From an uncultured Alphaproteobacteria bacterium (lineage in GTDB: Bacteria; Pseudomonadota; Alphaproteobacteria; Rhizobiales; Methyloligellaceae), in NCBI GenBank assembly GCA_963803385.1, contig CAWDMD010000007.1, forward strand, positions 346,770 through 370,769: 24,000 nt of DNA. The letters run 5' to 3'. Shown here piece by piece: positions 1 to 8,728 of this stretch. Both the position numbers and the translations under genes were made by a program. The first letter of the stretch is position 1, and each line of letters begins with the position of its first letter. The notes beneath the pieces were generated by a model. The model did no database searches and had not been told where the DNA came from. It worked only from the letters and a program-made list of their open reading frames with translations.

Positions 1-763
1 CGAGAACATCATCCCCGTCACGCTCGAGCTCGGTGGCAAGTCGCCCAACATCTTCTTCGCCGACGTGTTCAACGAGGACGACGATTTCTTCGACAAGGCG
101 CTCGAGGGCTTCACCATGTTCGCCCTCAATCAGGGCGAGGTGTGCACCTGCCCGTCTCGCGCGCTGGTGCAGGAGTCGATCTACGACGCCTTCATCGAGC
201 GCGTGCTCGAGCGCGTGAAGAAGGTGGTGCAGGGCAATCCGCTCGATCCCACCACGATGATCGGGGCCCAGGCCTCCTCCGACCAGCTGGAGAAGATCCT
301 GTCCTATATCAACATCGGCCAGGGCGAGGGCGCCAAGGTCCTGACCGGCGGCAAGAAGGCCGACCTCGGCCGCGGCTTCGAGGGCGGCTACTACGTCGAG
401 CCGACCGTCTTCGAGGGCCACAACAAGATGCGGATCTTCCAGGAGGAGATCTTCGGGCCGGTGCTCGCGGTCACCAAGTTCAAGACCGAGGACGAGGCGC
501 TGTCGATCGCCAACGACACGCTCTACGGTCTCGGCGCCGGCGTGTGGTCGCGCGACGTCAACACCGCCTACCGCATGGGCCGCGGCATCAAGGCCGGGCG
601 CGTGTGGACCAACTGCTATCATCTCTATCCCGCTCACGCGGCCTTCGGCGGCTACAAGCAGTCGGGCGTCGGGCGCGAGACGCACAAGATGATGCTCGAT
701 CACTACCAGCAGACCAAGAACATGCTGGTGAGCTACAGCCCGAAGGCGCTCGGGTTCTTCTAA
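1..763 (+). CDS. NAD(P)+-dependent aldehyde dehydrogenase, C-terminal ~253 codons (5' end lies outside the window)
   Basis: Frame 2 is open from the window edge to TAA 761-763. The translation carries ALDH hallmarks: ELGGKSP, catalytic-Cys loop [34 protein letters not shown]779 gene follows, the usual partner of AcoD/ExaC-type acetaldehyde dehydrogenases. Confidence 0.9.
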   Translation, partial: ENIIPVTLELGGKSPNIFFADVFNEDDDFFDKALEGFTMFALNQGEVCTCPSRALVQESIYDAFIERVLERVKKVVQGNPLDPTTMIGAQASSDQLEKILSYINIGQGEGAKVLTGGKKADLGRGFEGGYYVEPTVFEGHNKMRIFQEEIFGPVLAVTKFKTEDEALSIANDTLYGLGAGVWSRDVNTAYRMGRGIKAGRVWTNCYHLYPAHAAFGGYKQSGVGRETHKMMLDHYQQTKNMLVSYSPKALGFF

Positions 764-781
764 GCCTTAGCGTTCCGTGCC

Positions 782-824
782 GCGGGACGGAAGATCGGAC
801 CAGTCTCCCCGATCTCCGTCCCGC
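782..824 (+). other. GC-rich stem-loop between the aldehyde dehydrogenase and DUF779 genes (function unknown; not a canonical intrinsic terminator)
   Basis: GCGGGACGGA(A)GATCGG (782-798) pairs with CCGATCTCCGTCCCGC (809-824). This gives 16 bp with one bulged A and a ~10-nt loop, starting 19 nt after the ALDH stop. No T-tract follows. Confidence 0.6.
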
Positions 825-846
825 GTCTCCCGGGGCAGAGGCCCAC

Positions 847-1269
847 ATGGCCGTTTCGCAGAGTTCGCACATACGGCCGCCGCCGCGGCTGATCGGCAAG
901 CTGCGCGGCATGCCACGGCGACCTGATGTTTCACCAGTCAGGCGGTTGCTGCGACGGCAGCGCGCCGATGTGCTATCCGCTCGGCGAGTTTCGCATCGGC
1001 CAGTGGCGACGTCTATCTCGGCGCGATCGCCGGCTGCCCGTTTTACATGTCCGCGGCCGCAATTCGAATATTGGCGGCACACGCATCTGATCATCGATGC
1101 CGTCCCCGGCCGCGGCGCCGGATTCTCGCTGGAGGCGCCGGAGGGCATGCGTTTCCTGACGCGCTCGCGCCTGTTCACCGATGCCGAGCTCGACGAGCTC
1201 GATCGCCGCGGCCCTCCGCCGCGCGGACCCGAGGCCATGACAACGACAAAGGCGGGCGAAACCGTCTAA
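847..1269 (+). pseudogene. DUF779-family protein gene with about five frame disruptions between nt 871 and 1059
   Basis: The family-typical peptide is recovered only by hopping frames. The segments are MAVSQSSH (frame 1, ATG 847), TAAAAA (frame 3), LIGKLRGM (frame 1), GDLMFHQSGGCCDGSAPMCYPLGEFRIGQ (frame 2) and GDVYLGAIAGCPFYMSAA (frame 3). The last segment is QFEYWRHTHLIIDAVPGRGAGFSLEAPEGMRFLTRSRLFTDAELDEL (frame 1, to TAA 1267-1269). Apparent lesions are a 1-nt loss near 871-872 and extra bases near 888, 914, 1004 and 1059. The net change is +3, so both ends are in frame 1. Confidence 0.75.
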
Positions 1270-1368
1270 ACCGCAACGTCTTCCCTCACCATGATCGGTT
1301 TCTAGCAACTGATAGCGTCAGCCTGCGGGTTGACCGCTACGGTCGCGCCCACGCACACTGACAGCACC

Positions 1369-2961
1369 ATGACCGCCAAGCTCAACATTCTCATCGCAGA
1401 TCCGATCCACGACGACGGGGTGAAAGTCCTCGCCGCCCGGGGCGCGTTCCACTGCGACATCGTCAAGGACCTCACCGAGCCCGAGCTCATCGACCGCATC
1501 CCGGGATACCACGGGCTGATCGTGCGTTCGAAGACGAAGGTGACGCGGGCGGTAATCAATGCCGGAAGCGATCTCAAAGCCATCGGCCGCGCCGGCATCG
1601 GCGTCGACAATATCGACGTCGGCGCCGCCACAGAGCAAGGCATCGTCGTCTTCAACACGCCTGACGCCAACGCGACAACCACTGCCGAGCTGACCATCGC
1701 TCACCTCCTGTCGCTCAGCCGGCATTTGCCCCAAGCCGACCGCTCGACGCGCCAGGGCGAATGGCGGCCGACGCACTTCGTCGGCACCGAGATCGCCGGC
1801 AAGACCATTGGCATCGTCGGCTTCGGCACCATCGGACGGCTGGTGGCGGAGCGGGCCCGCGCGCTGAAGATGACGGTCCTCGCTTACGATCCCTTCGTCA
1901 CGGCGGAGAGCATGGCGGAGGCCGGTGCCGGGCCGGTCGATCTCGATGCGCTGCTCGCGCGCGCCGACTACGTGACGCTGCATTGCCCTCTATCGGAAAA
2001 GACGCGGCACCTCATCGACGACGCCCGGCTGCGGCAGATGAAACCCGGCGCGCGTCTCATCAATTGCGCCCGGGGCGGCCTCGTCGACGAACAGGCGCTT
2101 TATCGAGCACTCACGGACGGGCACCTCGCCGGAGCCGCGCTCGACGTCTACGCCGCCGAGCCGCCGGCGGCGTCGGCCCTGCTCGCGCTCGATACCGTGG
2201 TGCTGACCCCCCATCTCGGCGCCTCGACCCGAGAAGCGCAGCAGGCGGTCAGTCTCCGCATCGCCGAGGACCTCGCCAATTTCCTGGAGACCGGCGCGGC
2301 CCAGTCCGCCGTCAACCTGCCCTTCATCGCCAGCGAGCAGTTCGGTCGGTCGCGACCCTATCAGGCGCTCGCCTACTCTCTCGGCAGGTTGCTCGGCGCC
2401 ATCGCCGAAGGGCCCGTCGAAGAAGTCGTGGTGCGCCTGTTCGGCCGCGTGGCCGAGCTCGACCCGCGCCCCATCACCGCGGAAGCCCTGGTTGGGCTGT
2501 TGAGCAAGCGCCTCACCGGCCGCGTCAATCGCGTCAACGCCGCGCACCTTGCCCATCGCCAAGGCATTGCCATCAGGGAGTCGCGGTCGGAGGATGTGCA
2601 GGACTATCTCTCTCTGGTGGAAGTCAGCGCCACGGTGGGCAACAGCGCGGTCACCGTTGCTGGCACGCTGCTTGGCGGCTTTCATCCGCGTCTCGTTCGC
2701 ATCGACGGCCATGACGTCGAGGCCGTGCTCGAAGGGCGCCTCTTGTTCACCCGCCATGAAGACCGCCCAGGCGTGGTCGGGGCCCTCGGCGGCATCCTGG
2801 GACGGGAGAATATCAACATCACCCGCATGCAGGTCGGCATGGTCGAGGGGAGCACGCTCGCCATCGCCTTGGTCGGTATCTCCGCGCCCCTGCCCGCGGC
2901 GGCGCTCGCCGAGATCAGGGCGCTGCCCGCGATCAAGCAGGCGATCGAGATCGAGCCATGA
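1369..2961 (+). CDS. serA: D-3-phosphoglycerate dehydrogenase, long form with C-terminal regulatory (ACT-like) domain
   Basis: The ORF is open from TTG 1330. ATG 1369 gives the family-typical N-terminus [13 protein letters not shown]. It has the 2-hydroxyacid dehydrogenase NAD-binding motif [13 protein letters not shown] and a catalytic region around PHLGAST. Length (~530 aa) fits the long SerA type. The stop overlaps the serC start (ATGA 2958-2961). Confidence 0.9.
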   Translation: MTAKLNILIADPIHDDGVKVLAARGAFHCDIVKDLTEPELIDRIPGYHGLIVRSKTKVTRAVINAGSDLKAIGRAGIGVDNIDVGAATEQGIVVFNTPDANATTTAELTIAHLLSLSRHLPQADRSTRQGEWRPTHFVGTEIAGKTIGIVGFGTIGRLVAERARALKMTVLAYDPFVTAESMAEAGAGPVDLDALLARADYVTLHCPLSEKTRHLIDDARLRQMKPGARLINCARGGLVDEQALYRALTDGHLAGAALDVYAAEPPAASALLALDTVVLTPHLGASTREAQQAVSLRIAEDLANFLETGAAQSAVNLPFIASEQFGRSRPYQALAYSLGRLLGAIAEGPVEEVVVRLFGRVAELDPRPITAEALVGLLSKRLTGRVNRVNAAHLAHRQGIAIRESRSEDVQDYLSLVEVSATVGNSAVTVAGTLLGGFHPRLVRIDGHDVEAVLEGRLLFTRHEDRPGVVGALGGILGRENINITRMQVGMVEGSTLAIALVGISAPLPAAALAEIRALPAIKQAIEIEP

Positions 2962-4151
2962 CGCGTACCCTCTCCGCCGACGCGCGGGGCAAGCCTTCCG
3001 TGCGCCCCGCCAATCCGTTGTTCTCGTCAGGGCCATGCGCCAAGCGGCCGGGCTGGACCCCTTCTGTGCTTGGCGACGCTCTTCTCGGGCGCTCGCACCG
3101 TTCCCCGGAAGGTAAGGCACGGCTGAAGCTCGCCCTCAACAAGACGAGAGCGTTGCTTCGGCTTCCGGCCGAGTACCGGATCGGCATCGTGCCGGGCTCC
3201 GATACCGGCGCCTTCGAGATGGCGATGTGGTCGCTGCTCGGCAGCCGCGGCGTCGATGTGCTGGTGTGGGAAAGCTTCAGCGCCGGCTGGGCCACCGACA
3301 TCACCAAGCACCTCAAGCTGAAGGATGTCAGGGTGCTGGACGCGCCTTATGGCGCGCTGCCCGATCTCGCCAAGGTCGATTTCGGTTCCGACGCGGTGTT
3401 TGCCTGGAACGGCACGACCTCGGGCGTCCGCGTTCCGGATGCCGATTGGATCCCACGCGATCGCACCGGCCTCACGTTGGTCGATGCCACCTCAGCCGCG
3501 TTCGCCCAACCAATCGACTGGGCCAAGACCGACGTCGTCACCTTCTCCTGGCAGAAGGTGCTGGGGGGGGAAGCCGCTCACGGCATGCTGATCTTGAGCC
3601 CGCGCGCGGTGGAGCGGCTCGAGAGCTACGTGCCGCCATGGCCGCTGCCGAAGCTGTTTCGCCTGACCAAGGGCAGCAAGCTCGATGCCTCGATCTTCGA
3701 CGGGGGGACCATCAACACGCCATCGATGCTGTGCGTCGAGGACTATCTCGATACCCTCGCCTGGGCCGAGAGCATCGGCGGCATCGACGCCTTGTTCGCG
3801 CGGGCCGACGCCAATGCAGGCGTGATCTTCGACTGGATCGAACGCACCCCTTGGGTTGCCAATCTCGCCGCGGACCCGGCGACGCGCTCCAACACCTCGG
3901 TGTGCCTCAGCATCGTCGACCCCGCCGTCACCGCGCTTCCCGCCGAGCTGCAAGAGCGCATCGCCAAGACCATGGCGGCACTGCTCGACAAGGAAGGCGT
4001 CGCCAAGGACATCGGCTCCTATCGCGACGCGCCTCCCGGCTTGCGCATCTGGACCGGGGCAACGGTCGAGGCCGCGGATCTCGAAGCGCTGACGCCATGG
4101 CTCGACTGGGCTTTCTCGGAGGCGGTCGCCGTGGTTTGCCAAGCACGGTGA
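2958..4151 (+). CDS. serC: phosphoserine aminotransferase (~397 aa type)
   Basis: Translationally coupled to serA. It has a class-V aminotransferase layout with the PLP-lysine motif [10 protein letters not shown]. The stop is TGA 4149-4151. Confidence 0.9.
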   Translation: MTRTLSADARGKPSVRPANPLFSSGPCAKRPGWTPSVLGDALLGRSHRSPEGKARLKLALNKTRALLRLPAEYRIGIVPGSDTGAFEMAMWSLLGSRGVDVLVWESFSAGWATDITKHLKLKDVRVLDAPYGALPDLAKVDFGSDAVFAWNGTTSGVRVPDADWIPRDRTGLTLVDATSAAFAQPIDWAKTDVVTFSWQKVLGGEAAHGMLILSPRAVERLESYVPPWPLPKLFRLTKGSKLDASIFDGGTINTPSMLCVEDYLDTLAWAESIGGIDALFARADANAGVIFDWIERTPWVANLAADPATRSNTSVCLSIVDPAVTALPAELQERIAKTMAALLDKEGVAKDIGSYRDAPPGLRIWTGATVEAADLEALTPWLDWAFSEAVAVVCQAR

Positions 4152-4191
4152 CCTCCCTTTCTCCTGACCGTCTCCCAAGACTGCCCAACGC

Positions 4192-4221
4192 GAGAGCGGA
4201 TATACTCCGCTCTCTCTTTTT
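4192..4221 (+). terminator. Rho-independent terminator of the serA-serC unit
   Basis: A perfect 9-bp stem, GAGAGCGGA (4192-4200) / TCCGCTCTC (4206-4214), with a 5-nt loop TATAC. TCTTTTT (4215-4221) follows immediately. It lies 41 nt after the serC stop. Confidence 0.85.
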
Positions 4222-4246
4222 ATGAGCCGGCGGCAGGCCAGGACCC

Positions 4247-4900
4247 ATGGACCACGAGCGACCGAAATTCGATGCTGTCTGCTTCGATTGCGACAGCACT
4301 TTGAGCCGGCTCGAGGGCATCGACGAGCTCGCCGCGCGCTCTGGCCTCGGGCGCGAGATCGCCGTTCTGACCGAAGCCGCGATGAACGGCTCGCTCGCGA
4401 TCGAAGCCGTCTACGCCGAGCGGCTTGCTGCCGTCCGGCCCGATCAGGCGACGGTCGCCTGGCTTGGCCAGCGCTATGTCGAGGAGCTGGTCCCCGGCGC
4501 GAAAGCGACCGTGGACGCGCTGCACCGGCTCGGCAAGGCGGTCTATGTCGTGAGCGGAGGCCTGTTGCCGGCGATCCGGCATCTCGGCGCCTTCCTCGGC
4601 ATCCCCGCCGCGCGCGTGTTCGCGGTGCCGATCCAGTTCGATGCGAGCGGCGCCTATCGGAGCTTTGACGACATGTCGCCGCTGTCGCGCGCCGAAGGCA
4701 AGGCGATGATATGCCGCCGCCTCGCGGCGCAGCACGGCGCGATTGCCATGGTCGGCGACGGCATGACCGATGTCGCCGCTCGCGCCGCCGGCGCCTTTAT
4801 CGTCGGCTTCGGCGGCGTCGCTCATCGCAACGCCGTGGCGATGGCGGCCGATTGCTACATCACCGCGCCTTCGCTGAGGCGACGCTCGACGTGTTGTTGA
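4247..4900 (+). CDS. HAD-IB family hydrolase, phosphoserine phosphatase (SerB)-like; the 3' end may be frameshifted (alternative end 4935)
   Basis: HAD motif I is FDCDSTL (DxDST), followed by VVSGG and motif IV GDGMTD. It sits next to serA/serC. The last 9 codons (SLRRRSTCC*) look non-native; another frame gives FAEATLDVLLTAEERDALARR* ending at 4935. Confidence 0.7.
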   Translation: MDHERPKFDAVCFDCDSTLSRLEGIDELAARSGLGREIAVLTEAAMNGSLAIEAVYAERLAAVRPDQATVAWLGQRYVEELVPGAKATVDALHRLGKAVYVVSGGLLPAIRHLGAFLGIPAARVFAVPIQFDASGAYRSFDDMSPLSRAEGKAMICRRLAAQHGAIAMVGDGMTDVAARAAGAFIVGFGGVAHRNAVAMAADCYITAPSLRRRSTCC

Positions 4901-4952
4901 CCGCGGAGGAGCGCGACGCACTCGCCCGCCGCTGATGCGAAGGGTGGAAGCC

Positions 4953-5630
4953 CTAGCCGAGCTGCTCCAGCAGCAGGCGCGCGGCCTCCGCCGATGACGC
5001 CGGATTCTGACCGGTGATCAGGAGACCGTCGGCGACGACGTGCGGTTGCCAGTCCGCGCCCTTCGAATAGGTCCCGCCGCGATCTTGCAGCATGTCCTCG
5101 ACCAGGAAGGGCACGATCTCGGTCAGGCCCACGGCGGCCTCTTCGCTGTTGGCGAAGCCGGTGACCGTCTTGCCTTGCACGAGCGGCTTGCCGTCCGGTC
5201 CTTTGACGTGGCGCAGCACGGCCGGCGCGTGGCAGACCGCGGCGACCGGCTTGCCGGCGGCGATGGTACGTTCGATTAGCCCGATCGAGGACGGGTCTTC
5301 GGCGAGATCCCACAGCGGACCATGGCCGCCGGGATAGAACACGGCGTCGAAGTCGCCGGGCGAAACCTCGGACAGTTTGCGCGTTGTGGCGAGCGCGGCC
5401 TTGGCCTCGGGGTCGGCCTCGAAGCGGCGCGTGTCGTCGGTCTGGAACGCCGGGTCGTTGCTCTTCGGATCGAGCGGCGGCTGACCGCCCTTCGGCGACG
5501 CCAGGGTGACGTCGGCGCCGGCGTCCTTGAACACGTAATAGGGCGCCGCCAGCTCCTCGAGCCAGAAGCCGGTCGGCTCGCCGGTATCGCCGAGCGTTCC
5601 GTGCGAGGTGAGTACCATCAGGATTTTCAT
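4953..5630 (-). CDS. DJ-1/PfpI (class I glutamine amidotransferase-like) family protein
   Basis: 225 aa, starting MKILMVLTSH. It has the nucleophile elbow PVAAVCHAP and ends ITGQNPASS. An AAGGA Shine-Dalgarno sits 6 nt upstream of ATG 5630. Confidence 0.85.
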   Translation of the reverse strand: MKILMVLTSHGTLGDTGEPTGFWLEELAAPYYVFKDAGADVTLASPKGGQPPLDPKSNDPAFQTDDTRRFEADPEAKAALATTRKLSEVSPGDFDAVFYPGGHGPLWDLAEDPSSIGLIERTIAAGKPVAAVCHAPAVLRHVKGPDGKPLVQGKTVTGFANSEEAAVGLTEIVPFLVEDMLQDRGGTYSKGADWQPHVVADGLLITGQNPASSAEAARLLLEQLG

Positions 5631-5819
5631 GCGCGGTCCTTTTCAACGCGAAGGCGGCGCCCGACGAGGCGCGCTTGGCAACATGCTGCTGTTCGGTTTT
5701 GAGTTGGCGTCGTCTGGACCGGGGTCAGGTCCCAAGGAGGGCATCTTACCGTACCCGGCCGGTGAAAGGGGTGGTTTTACGTTCGCGACCAAGGTACTAG
5801 TTGACCTCGGTCAGGGGGC

Positions 5820-6221
5820 GTGGCTAGCCTGTTAATGATTAGTTTGGGGGCATTGCATCGGCGACGCCGAAGCGTCGCCAGGATTGCGCTTATCGGCATG
5901 GCTTTTTATGCCGTGCTCGTCCCCTGGCACACCGTCTCCCAAGCCATCACTCCGCTTCTTGCCGCCGCGGAGGCCGTCGCGCACCCTGTCACGACCACGG
6001 GGCAGCGACGGAAGGCCAGTCGGGGCCCGGCCAAGCCGCGAACTAATTGCCCGATCTGCAAGGGGTTGGGCACGCTCAATCTCGCCACCGCGGCCCAGGC
6101 TTTCCTGGTCATCGCCAATGTCGCCGAGAGCACGCCTCTGCCGCGGGCCCCGGACGAAGATCTCGTGCCCGGCGAAGACGTTATACCGCAAAGCCGCGGT
6201 CCCCCTCTCCTCTCCATCTAG
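5820..6221 (+). CDS. DUF2946-like small membrane/periplasmic protein (start GTG 5820 or ATG 5835)
   Basis: It has a basic N-terminus (HRRRRS), a hydrophobic helix IALIGMAFYAVLV, a central CPIC motif and then a second hydrophobic stretch. By recollection this matches the DUF2946 layout often found beside copper-uptake genes. It sits upstream of the OMP-copC-copD genes. Confidence 0.5.
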   Translation: MASLLMISLGALHRRRRSVARIALIGMAFYAVLVPWHTVSQAITPLLAAAEAVAHPVTTTGQRRKASRGPAKPRTNCPICKGLGTLNLATAAQAFLVIANVAESTPLPRAPDEDLVPGEDVIPQSRGPPLLSI

Positions 6222-6327
6222 TTCCGACCTCCCCTGCCTTGCCGACACGTCCTGCTCGTCGGCAGTCGTTTATCCCCGCGTCTGAACCCGCTTTGCGGTG
6301 CGCAGGCCGCGGGTCTTGGAGGGACAC

Positions 6328-7287
6328 ATGGAGAGATCACATCTTTACCGAATTGCCGCGCTGGCTTTGCTTGGCTGCGCGGCATCGGGTTCGGCGAGCG
6401 CCCATTGCATCATCGGCAACCGGTTCTTTCCCGCGACCTTGGCCATCGACGATCCTTGCGTTGCCGACGAACTGTCGCTGCCGACGATCGCCGGCTTCAA
6501 GAACGGCGACGATCCGTCGGCGCGGGAGCTGGATATTTCAGGCGAGTATTCGAAGACGATCACCGAGAATTTCGGCGTCTCCTTCGAGGAGGCCTGGATC
6601 CATCTCGACATCCCTGGCGAAGGCACCCGCTCCGGCTTCGACAATCTCGGCACGAGCTTCAAATATCAGTTCGTTCGGGATGCGGAGGGCGAACAGGCGA
6701 TGTCGATCGCCCTCGACGTCGATTGGGGCGGGACCGGCAGCAAATCGGTCGATGCCGAGCCCTTCACCACTCTGGTGCCGACGTTGTTCTACGGCAAAGG
6801 TTTCGGCTTCATGCCGGACTCGGTCGCGATCCTAAAGCCGTTCGCTGTCACGGCCCAGCTCGGCTATGCCATCCCGACCAAGTCGTCGGTCCGTGAGATC
6901 GATGAGGACACGGAGCTTCCGGGCCAGACGCCCAATCCGCGCGTCCTCGTCTGGGGCGGCACGCTGCAATACAGCATGCCTTACCTCAAATCGTCGGTCC
7001 GGGATCTCGGGCTGCCCGGCTTCATCAATCACCTCATTCCGCTCGTGGAACTCAACCTGGAGTCGGAAGTCGCGAATTTCAGCGGCGAGGAGCGCACCAC
7101 CGGCACCGTCAATCCCGGCCTGCTTTATGTCGGCAACAAGTACCAGCTCGGCGCCGAGGCCATCATTCCGATCAATCGCGCCAGCGGCGACGGCGTCGGC
7201 GTGGTCGGCCAGCTTCATCTCTATCTCGACGACATCTTTCCCAACTCGCTCGGCAAGCCGTTGTTTCAGCCGGCATTGCACCAATAG
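6328..7287 (+). CDS. putative outer-membrane beta-barrel protein (MetA-pathway/transporter-like)
   Basis: GGAGGG Shine-Dalgarno (6318-6323) lies 4 nt before ATG 6328. The Sec signal is MERSHLYRIAALALLGCAASGSASA|HC. The body has alternating amphipathic beta-strand-like segments rich in G/Y/F. The C-terminus does not end in an aromatic residue, so the OMP call is tentative. Confidence 0.5.
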   Translation: MERSHLYRIAALALLGCAASGSASAHCIIGNRFFPATLAIDDPCVADELSLPTIAGFKNGDDPSARELDISGEYSKTITENFGVSFEEAWIHLDIPGEGTRSGFDNLGTSFKYQFVRDAEGEQAMSIALDVDWGGTGSKSVDAEPFTTLVPTLFYGKGFGFMPDSVAILKPFAVTAQLGYAIPTKSSVREIDEDTELPGQTPNPRVLVWGGTLQYSMPYLKSSVRDLGLPGFINHLIPLVELNLESEVANFSGEERTTGTVNPGLLYVGNKYQLGAEAIIPINRASGDGVGVVGQLHLYLDDIFPNSLGKPLFQPALHQ

Positions 7288-7299
7288 GGGTCACCAGCC

Positions 7300-7648
7300 A
7301 TGCGCAAGTTCAATCTCATCGCCTTTTTGTTGCCTTTGGTCATCGCCTCCGCCGCCCACGCCCATGCCATGCTCGACCACGCGAGCCCCGCGGTCGGCAG
7401 CACGGTGGCGCGGTCGCCGGGTCAGGTCACGCTCACCTTCACCGAGAAGCTCGAGCCCAAATTCAGCGGCGCCGAAGTGCTCAAGTGCTTCTGGCGCGCG
7501 CGTCGATCAGGGCAAGAGCGTCAGCGGCAATGTCATGCGCATTCGCCTGAAGGGATTGGCGCCCGGCGCCTATCGGGTGAACTGGCACGCCCTTTCCGTC
7601 GACACGCACAAGACACAAGGGAGCTTCAACTTCAAAGTCGGGGGCTGA
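7300..7648 (+). pseudogene. copC: copper-binding periplasmic protein CopC, interrupted by a +1 frameshift near 7474-7495
   Basis: The N-terminal part is in frame 1: signal MRKFNLIAFLLPLVIASAAHA|HAMLDHASPAVGSTVARSPGQVTLTFTEKLEPKFSGAEVL. The C-terminal part is in frame 2: ASGARVDQGKSVSGNVMRIRLKGLAPGAYRVNWHALSVDTHKTQGSFNFKVGG*, ending at TGA 7646-7648. The total is 349 nt, which is 116 codons plus 1 nt. Confidence 0.8.
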
Positions 7649-7679
7649 CGCGAGCGCTAAAGCCCCACGGCTCGATCCC

Positions 7680-8713
7680 ATGGATGATTGGCTCGTTGCA
7701 GCGAGGACGGTCCAGTTTGGCGCCAGCATCGTCGCCGGAGGCGGGGCGATCTTCGTCGCCAGCGTGGCGGACGGCGGACGCGCTGCCAGGCGAAGGTCAG
7801 AGGTCCGTGGCAAGGGAGATCGATGGCACCGTGATTGCGGCGCTGCTCGCGGCGATCGCCTCGGGGGCGCTCTGGCTCAGCCTGTTCCGGTCCGAGCTCG
7901 AGCAGGCGTTCGCCGACGATGACACCCAGGTGACGATGTGGTCGGTCGTCACCGACACCCAGTTCGGCCGCGTCTCGGCGCTGCGTTTCCTCATCGCCTG
8001 CTGCTGATCGGGCTCTGCTCAGTCCGCTATGGCGCGGCCGCTGCCGCGATCCCGAAACTTAGATTGGCTGGGCGCGCTGCTCGGCCTCGCGCTCGTCGTC
8101 AGCCTCGCCTGGTGCGGCCATGCCGGCAGCGGCATGGGCATCGGCGGAGACGCCCATCTCGCGGCCGATGCGGTCCATCTCGCCGCGGCGGCCATCTGGG
8201 TCGGCGGTCTCATCCCGCTCCTCCTCCTCCTTCGGCCACGTCTCCCGCTCACGCCTCTCGACCGATACGGCATGGTCCGGCGCTTCTCGACGCTTGCCAT
8301 GTGGAGCGTCGCGCTGCTGGTCTTAAGCGGCGTCATCAACACCTGGTTCATGACCAATGGCTTCCGCGACCTGATCGGAACCGACTATGGCGACCTTGTC
8401 CTGATCAAGGTCGCGCTGCTCCTGATCATGCTGGGCTTCGCCGCCTTGAACCGGTTCCGATTGACCCCGCGATTACTTGGCGGCTGGCGCCGCCGCCTCT
8501 CAAGCGCTGTGGTGGTCGGTGGCGGCGGAACTCGCGCTCGGAGTCCTCGTCATTTGGGTGGTTGGCGTCCTCGGCCAGACCGAGCCGCCCGGCCACATGC
8601 ACGTGGGCGCTTCCGGGACGGGTCCCGTGCTCGCCGAAAACTCAAGCGGCCTGTCGCGGTTTGGCGCGCGTCGCGGCTCACGGGGATGTGTCATTGACAT
8701 GGCTACCAAGTAG
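7680..8713 (+). pseudogene. copD: copper resistance/uptake membrane protein CopD, disrupted by at least two frameshifts plus an in-frame TGA (or four frameshifts)
   Basis: CopD-like transmembrane segments are spread over several frames. Frame 3 from ATG 7680 gives MDDWLVAARTVQFGASIVAGGGAIFVASVA. Frame 1 gives IDGTVIAALLAAIASGALWLSLF...TDTQFGRVSALRFLIA, ending at TGA 8005-8007. Frame 1 then resumes with NLDWLGALLGLALVVSLAWCGHAGSG...ADAVHLAAAAIWVGGLIPLLLLL...LIKVALLLIMLGFAALNRFRLTP. Frame 2 from about 8477 gives ALWWSVAAELALGVLVIWVVGVLGQTEPP. Confidence 0.75.
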
Positions 8714-8728
8714 TAGGTAGATACGCCG
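8694..8728 (+). promoter_or_regulatory. predicted sigma70-type promoter overlapped by a 20-bp operator-like box (copy 1), upstream of the MBL hydrolase gene
   Basis: TTGACA sits at 8694-8699. The box GCTACCAAGTAGTAGGTAGA (8702-8721) contains the dyad CTACC-N8-GGTAG. A TAGATA -10 candidate sits at 8718-8723. Exactly 29 nt separate the -35 hexamer from ATG 8729 and there is no Shine-Dalgarno, a geometry that fits a leaderless transcript. Confidence 0.5.

Noticed and set aside
142-1269. 375-aa plus-strand ORF spanning the ALDH 3' end and the intergenic region
   Set aside because: Most of it is an alternative frame of the ALDH gene. Only its last ~70 codons (QFEYWRHTHLIID...) are real coding sequence, namely the final fragment of the frameshifted DUF779 gene.
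3563-3570. G8 homopolymer in serC, plus G7 runs at 14269-14275 and 17390-17396, as slippage or phase-variation sites or hidden frameshifts
   Set aside because: All three are read in frame within otherwise intact, full-length genes. The serC run encodes LGGE of the PLP-lysine motif. There is no evidence of switching.
5859-5878. Perfect 8-bp hairpin GGCGACGC-CGAA-GCGTCGCC
   Set aside because: It lies inside the 5' coding region of the DUF2946-like gene, where it encodes the RRRRSV stretch. It is most likely a by-product of Arg codons, with no independent evidence of function.
7474-7490. Near-tandem repeat AAGTGCTC/AAGTGCTT at the copC frameshift as an 8-nt duplication that caused the lesion
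   Set aside because: Removing 8 nt does not restore the frame; the lesion behaves as +1, so only removal of 1, 4 or 7 nt works. Removing 1 nt gives ...AEVLKASGARVD... and removing 7 nt gives ...AEVLSGARVD.... The exact event cannot be decided from the sequence.
7579-7596. TGGCAC-N5-TTCC resembling a sigma54 -24/-12 element; also a search for a sigma54 promoter upstream of pmoC
   Set aside because: The match lies inside the copC coding sequence and lacks the GC of the -12 element. No GG-N10-GC element with good context was seen in 16927-17300, where a sigma70-type promoter fits better.
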